A DNA stretch of 22,291 nt from Octopus sinensis (taxonomy: Eukaryota). Shown piece by piece: positions 20,051-22,291 of the stretch; within the stretch, counting starts at the first letter, position 1; every line of letters starts with the position of its first letter. The notes beneath the pieces were generated by a model. It saw only the letters and a program-made list of their open reading frames with translations. It did no database searches and was not told the origin of the DNA. The stretch lies in NCBI RefSeq assembly GCF_006345805.1, contig NW_021836917.1, positions 1-22,291 on the forward strand, in the 5' to 3' direction. The position numbers were made by a program, and so were the translations under genes.

Positions 20051-20565
20051 AGTGGTACGGAACATTCGTTCGAGCATACTTGACTGGCACCCTGAGAACA
20101 AGGATCACAGGACCCTCCTACGCCTATATTATATTCCGTTGTTTGGATCCTCTGACTGGAAGCCTTGTCATTGTAACCGACGGAGTGTCATGGCTGAGTG
20201 GTCGGGATATTCAGTTCAGGCTGTGTTATGCTGAATCTCCCTGAGAACTTCATTAAGGATACATGTCTGTGGAGTACTCAGCCACTTGCATGTTGATATC
20301 AGGAGCAAGCTATTCCAGTGATCGGATCGACTGGAAGCCTTGTCATTGTAACCAATGAAACGTCAATCTCGTTATCACTTTATCTTTTGACCTTCTCTGT
20401 CGGCATAGCTTGAAACGTATCGACAGGGGCCTAATGATTACCGTGGACAGCATCATACTTTTCCTTTGACATATCTCTCTCTCTCTCTGTTTTTGGCTTG
20501 GTTCCATTCTCCAGCTGGACCCCCCCCCAACCTTTTCTAACATCATACAGGAAGGAGTATATCAC

Positions 20566-20825
20566 CATAAGAGAGTTGCTGAAGCGTGGAACAAACTGCC
20601 GGCATCGGTTGTTAGTTGTCGGAGCACTGCATCCTTCAAAACTTCCATGCTTCCTGAGATTTGCCAACACTACACCTGATTTTCTCCCCTCCATACACGC
20701 ACAAGCATGTTCACTTTCCAGACATTTCTACATTACTGCATGTACTTTATATGCACTTTCTGACAAGTTGTGGTGCACCTGAGCACTGTATACAATAATT
20801 TCATTATTATATTATTATTATTATA
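20566..20825 (+). mobile_element. CR1-like LINE 3' end
   Basis: 20566-20679 encodes HKRVAEAWNKLPASVVSCRSTASFKTSMLPEICQHYT*, the RV..WN.LP..VV...S...FK C-terminus typical of CR1-group ORF2, followed by a 3' UTR and (ATT)n tail. Confidence 0.72.
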
Positions 20826-20933
20826 ATCACCCATAAATGAAGAGTGTCTCCATCCCCTGGCATAGAATCCCCACATGACTGGTTAAATTTTGTGCATGCT
20901 TATAATGCCTTTTGTCTTTTGTTCTTTTTCCAG

Positions 20934-20977
20934 AACCGAACGACTGTGGAGAATGTATTATTAACACCTGTCGTTGA
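20934..20977 (+). CDS. ZDHHC21: ZDHHC21-like exon 6 (TTxE motif); gene continues beyond the window
   Basis: Long pyrimidine tract + ttccAG acceptor and GA|GTGAGT donor; 44 bp. Reads NRTTVENVLLTPVV(E/D), containing the family TTxE motif right after TM4. No stop codon or C-terminal exon found in the window. Confidence 0.85.
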
Positions 20978-21396
20978 GTGAGTACTTGTTTATATTTTAT
21001 CTTACCTGTTTCTTATGATAACCCTGTAGGCACAGGTGTGGTTGAAGTGCTGGTTTCCCAGTTGTGTGATTTGGGGTGTAGGGAAAAACTGAGCCTGTAT
21101 CATTCACATTATTGTTACCCTTTTGATGCAAATTGAACAAAAGAAGTGTATTGTTTGTTTATATATAACATGCAGTTATATAATCAAATACTCTTAGATA
21201 CAGAATGAAAATGAAGCAGAGCAAGCCAATATAATATATTTAAAAGCAATATGTAAATTTACCATTACTAAACCAATAAGCACACCTACATAATTGTTTT
21301 CTTCCCTCTCGAATTTGTTTCCTCATAACTTCTAGAAAATGGATAGTTTCTAATGAAATTTTCTACACAAATGCTTCAGATCATGTAGGTTCCAAT

Positions 21397-21424
<28 letters not shown>

Positions 21425-21427
<3 letters not shown>

Positions 21428-21600
21428 GTACATGGTTGTGTGGTAAGTAGTTTGCTTCTCAACCACTTGGCACCTTGGGCAAGTGTCTTCTACTACAGCC
21501 TTGGGATGACCAAAGCCTTGTGAATGGATTTGGTAAATTATGGGGATGCAAAGGCGGTGCTCCAGCTTGGCCACAGTCAAATGACTGAAACAAATAAACA
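21425..21600 (+). mobile_element. Internally deleted family 1 SINE
   Basis: Head to GGATTTGGTA joined directly to the AAAGGCGGTGCTCCAGC tail. Confidence 0.65.
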
Positions 21601-21709
21601 AATAAAAGTGTGTGTGTAAATGTATGTGAATGTACGTAAACACATAGGTGTGTGTTTTTACACACACACGTAATTTACACACATATATATATATATACAC
21701 ATACACATA

Positions 21710-22116
21710 GGCGCAGGAGTGGCTGTGTGGTAAGTAGCTTGCTAACCAACCACATGGTTCCAGGTTCAGTCCCACTGCATGGCATCTTGGGCAAGTGTCT
21801 TCTGCTATAGCCCCGGGACGACCAATGCCTTGTGAGTGGATTTGGTAGAGGGAAACTGAAAGAAGCCTGTCGTATATATGTATATATATATATGTGTGTG
21901 TGTTTGTGTGTCTGTGTTTGTCCCTCTAGCATTGCTTGACAACCGATGCTGGTGTGTTTACATCCCCGTCACTTAGCGGTTCGGCAAAAGAGACTGATAG
22001 AATAAGTACTGGGCTTACAAAAGAATAAGTCCCGGGGTCGATTTGCTCGACTAAAAGGCGGTGCTCCAGCATGGCCGCAGTCAAATGACTGAAACAAGTA
22101 AAAGAGTAAAAGAGAG
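21710..22116 (+). mobile_element. Family 1 SINE, full length
   Basis: Nearly collinear with 388-783. Confidence 0.87.
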
Positions 22117-22291
22117 TAAATAGTAATATATACACACATACACACACCCATATATACAAGCATGTATTGTGTTTTCATCTGTCTACTGGTTCTGTGTGGC
22201 AGGCAGAAAGGGTTTGAATCAGAGCCATTCAACCGTGACCTTCCCTTTCAGTGAAATGAACTCATGCAGAACCCAGCTTCACTCTTCCTGC

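Overview
Eukaryotic, AT-rich, repeat-dense DNA. The SINE families and (TA)/(CA)/(TACA) microsatellites suggest an octopus (cephalopod) genome; this is inferred, not database-confirmed. The window is mostly intron. Six coding exons of one + strand gene can be assembled by hand (1604-1865, 7398-7502, 14581-14692, 16388-16525, 19316-19432, 20934-20977). All have GT-AG sites and compatible phases once one missing base in exon 4 is restored, and the gene continues past the window end. The product is a ZDHHC21-like palmitoyl-acyltransferase. Its catalytic DHHC motif reads DFHY (His and nucleophilic Cys replaced) while the zinc-finger ligands are kept, making it a candidate pseudoenzyme; the Tyr codon TAC is one A-to-I edit from Cys. 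The introns hold a 5'-truncated Penelope-like retroelement (RT + GIY-YIG), several hammerhead-ribozyme motifs, an internally deleted mariner, a mariner-like MITE, a Helitron-like element, a CR1-like LINE tail, a near-perfect 387-bp fold-back and many SINE copies. Parts of the sequence show long-read-type errors, so single-base frameshifts should be treated with caution. Nearly all ORFs in the supplied track are spurious.
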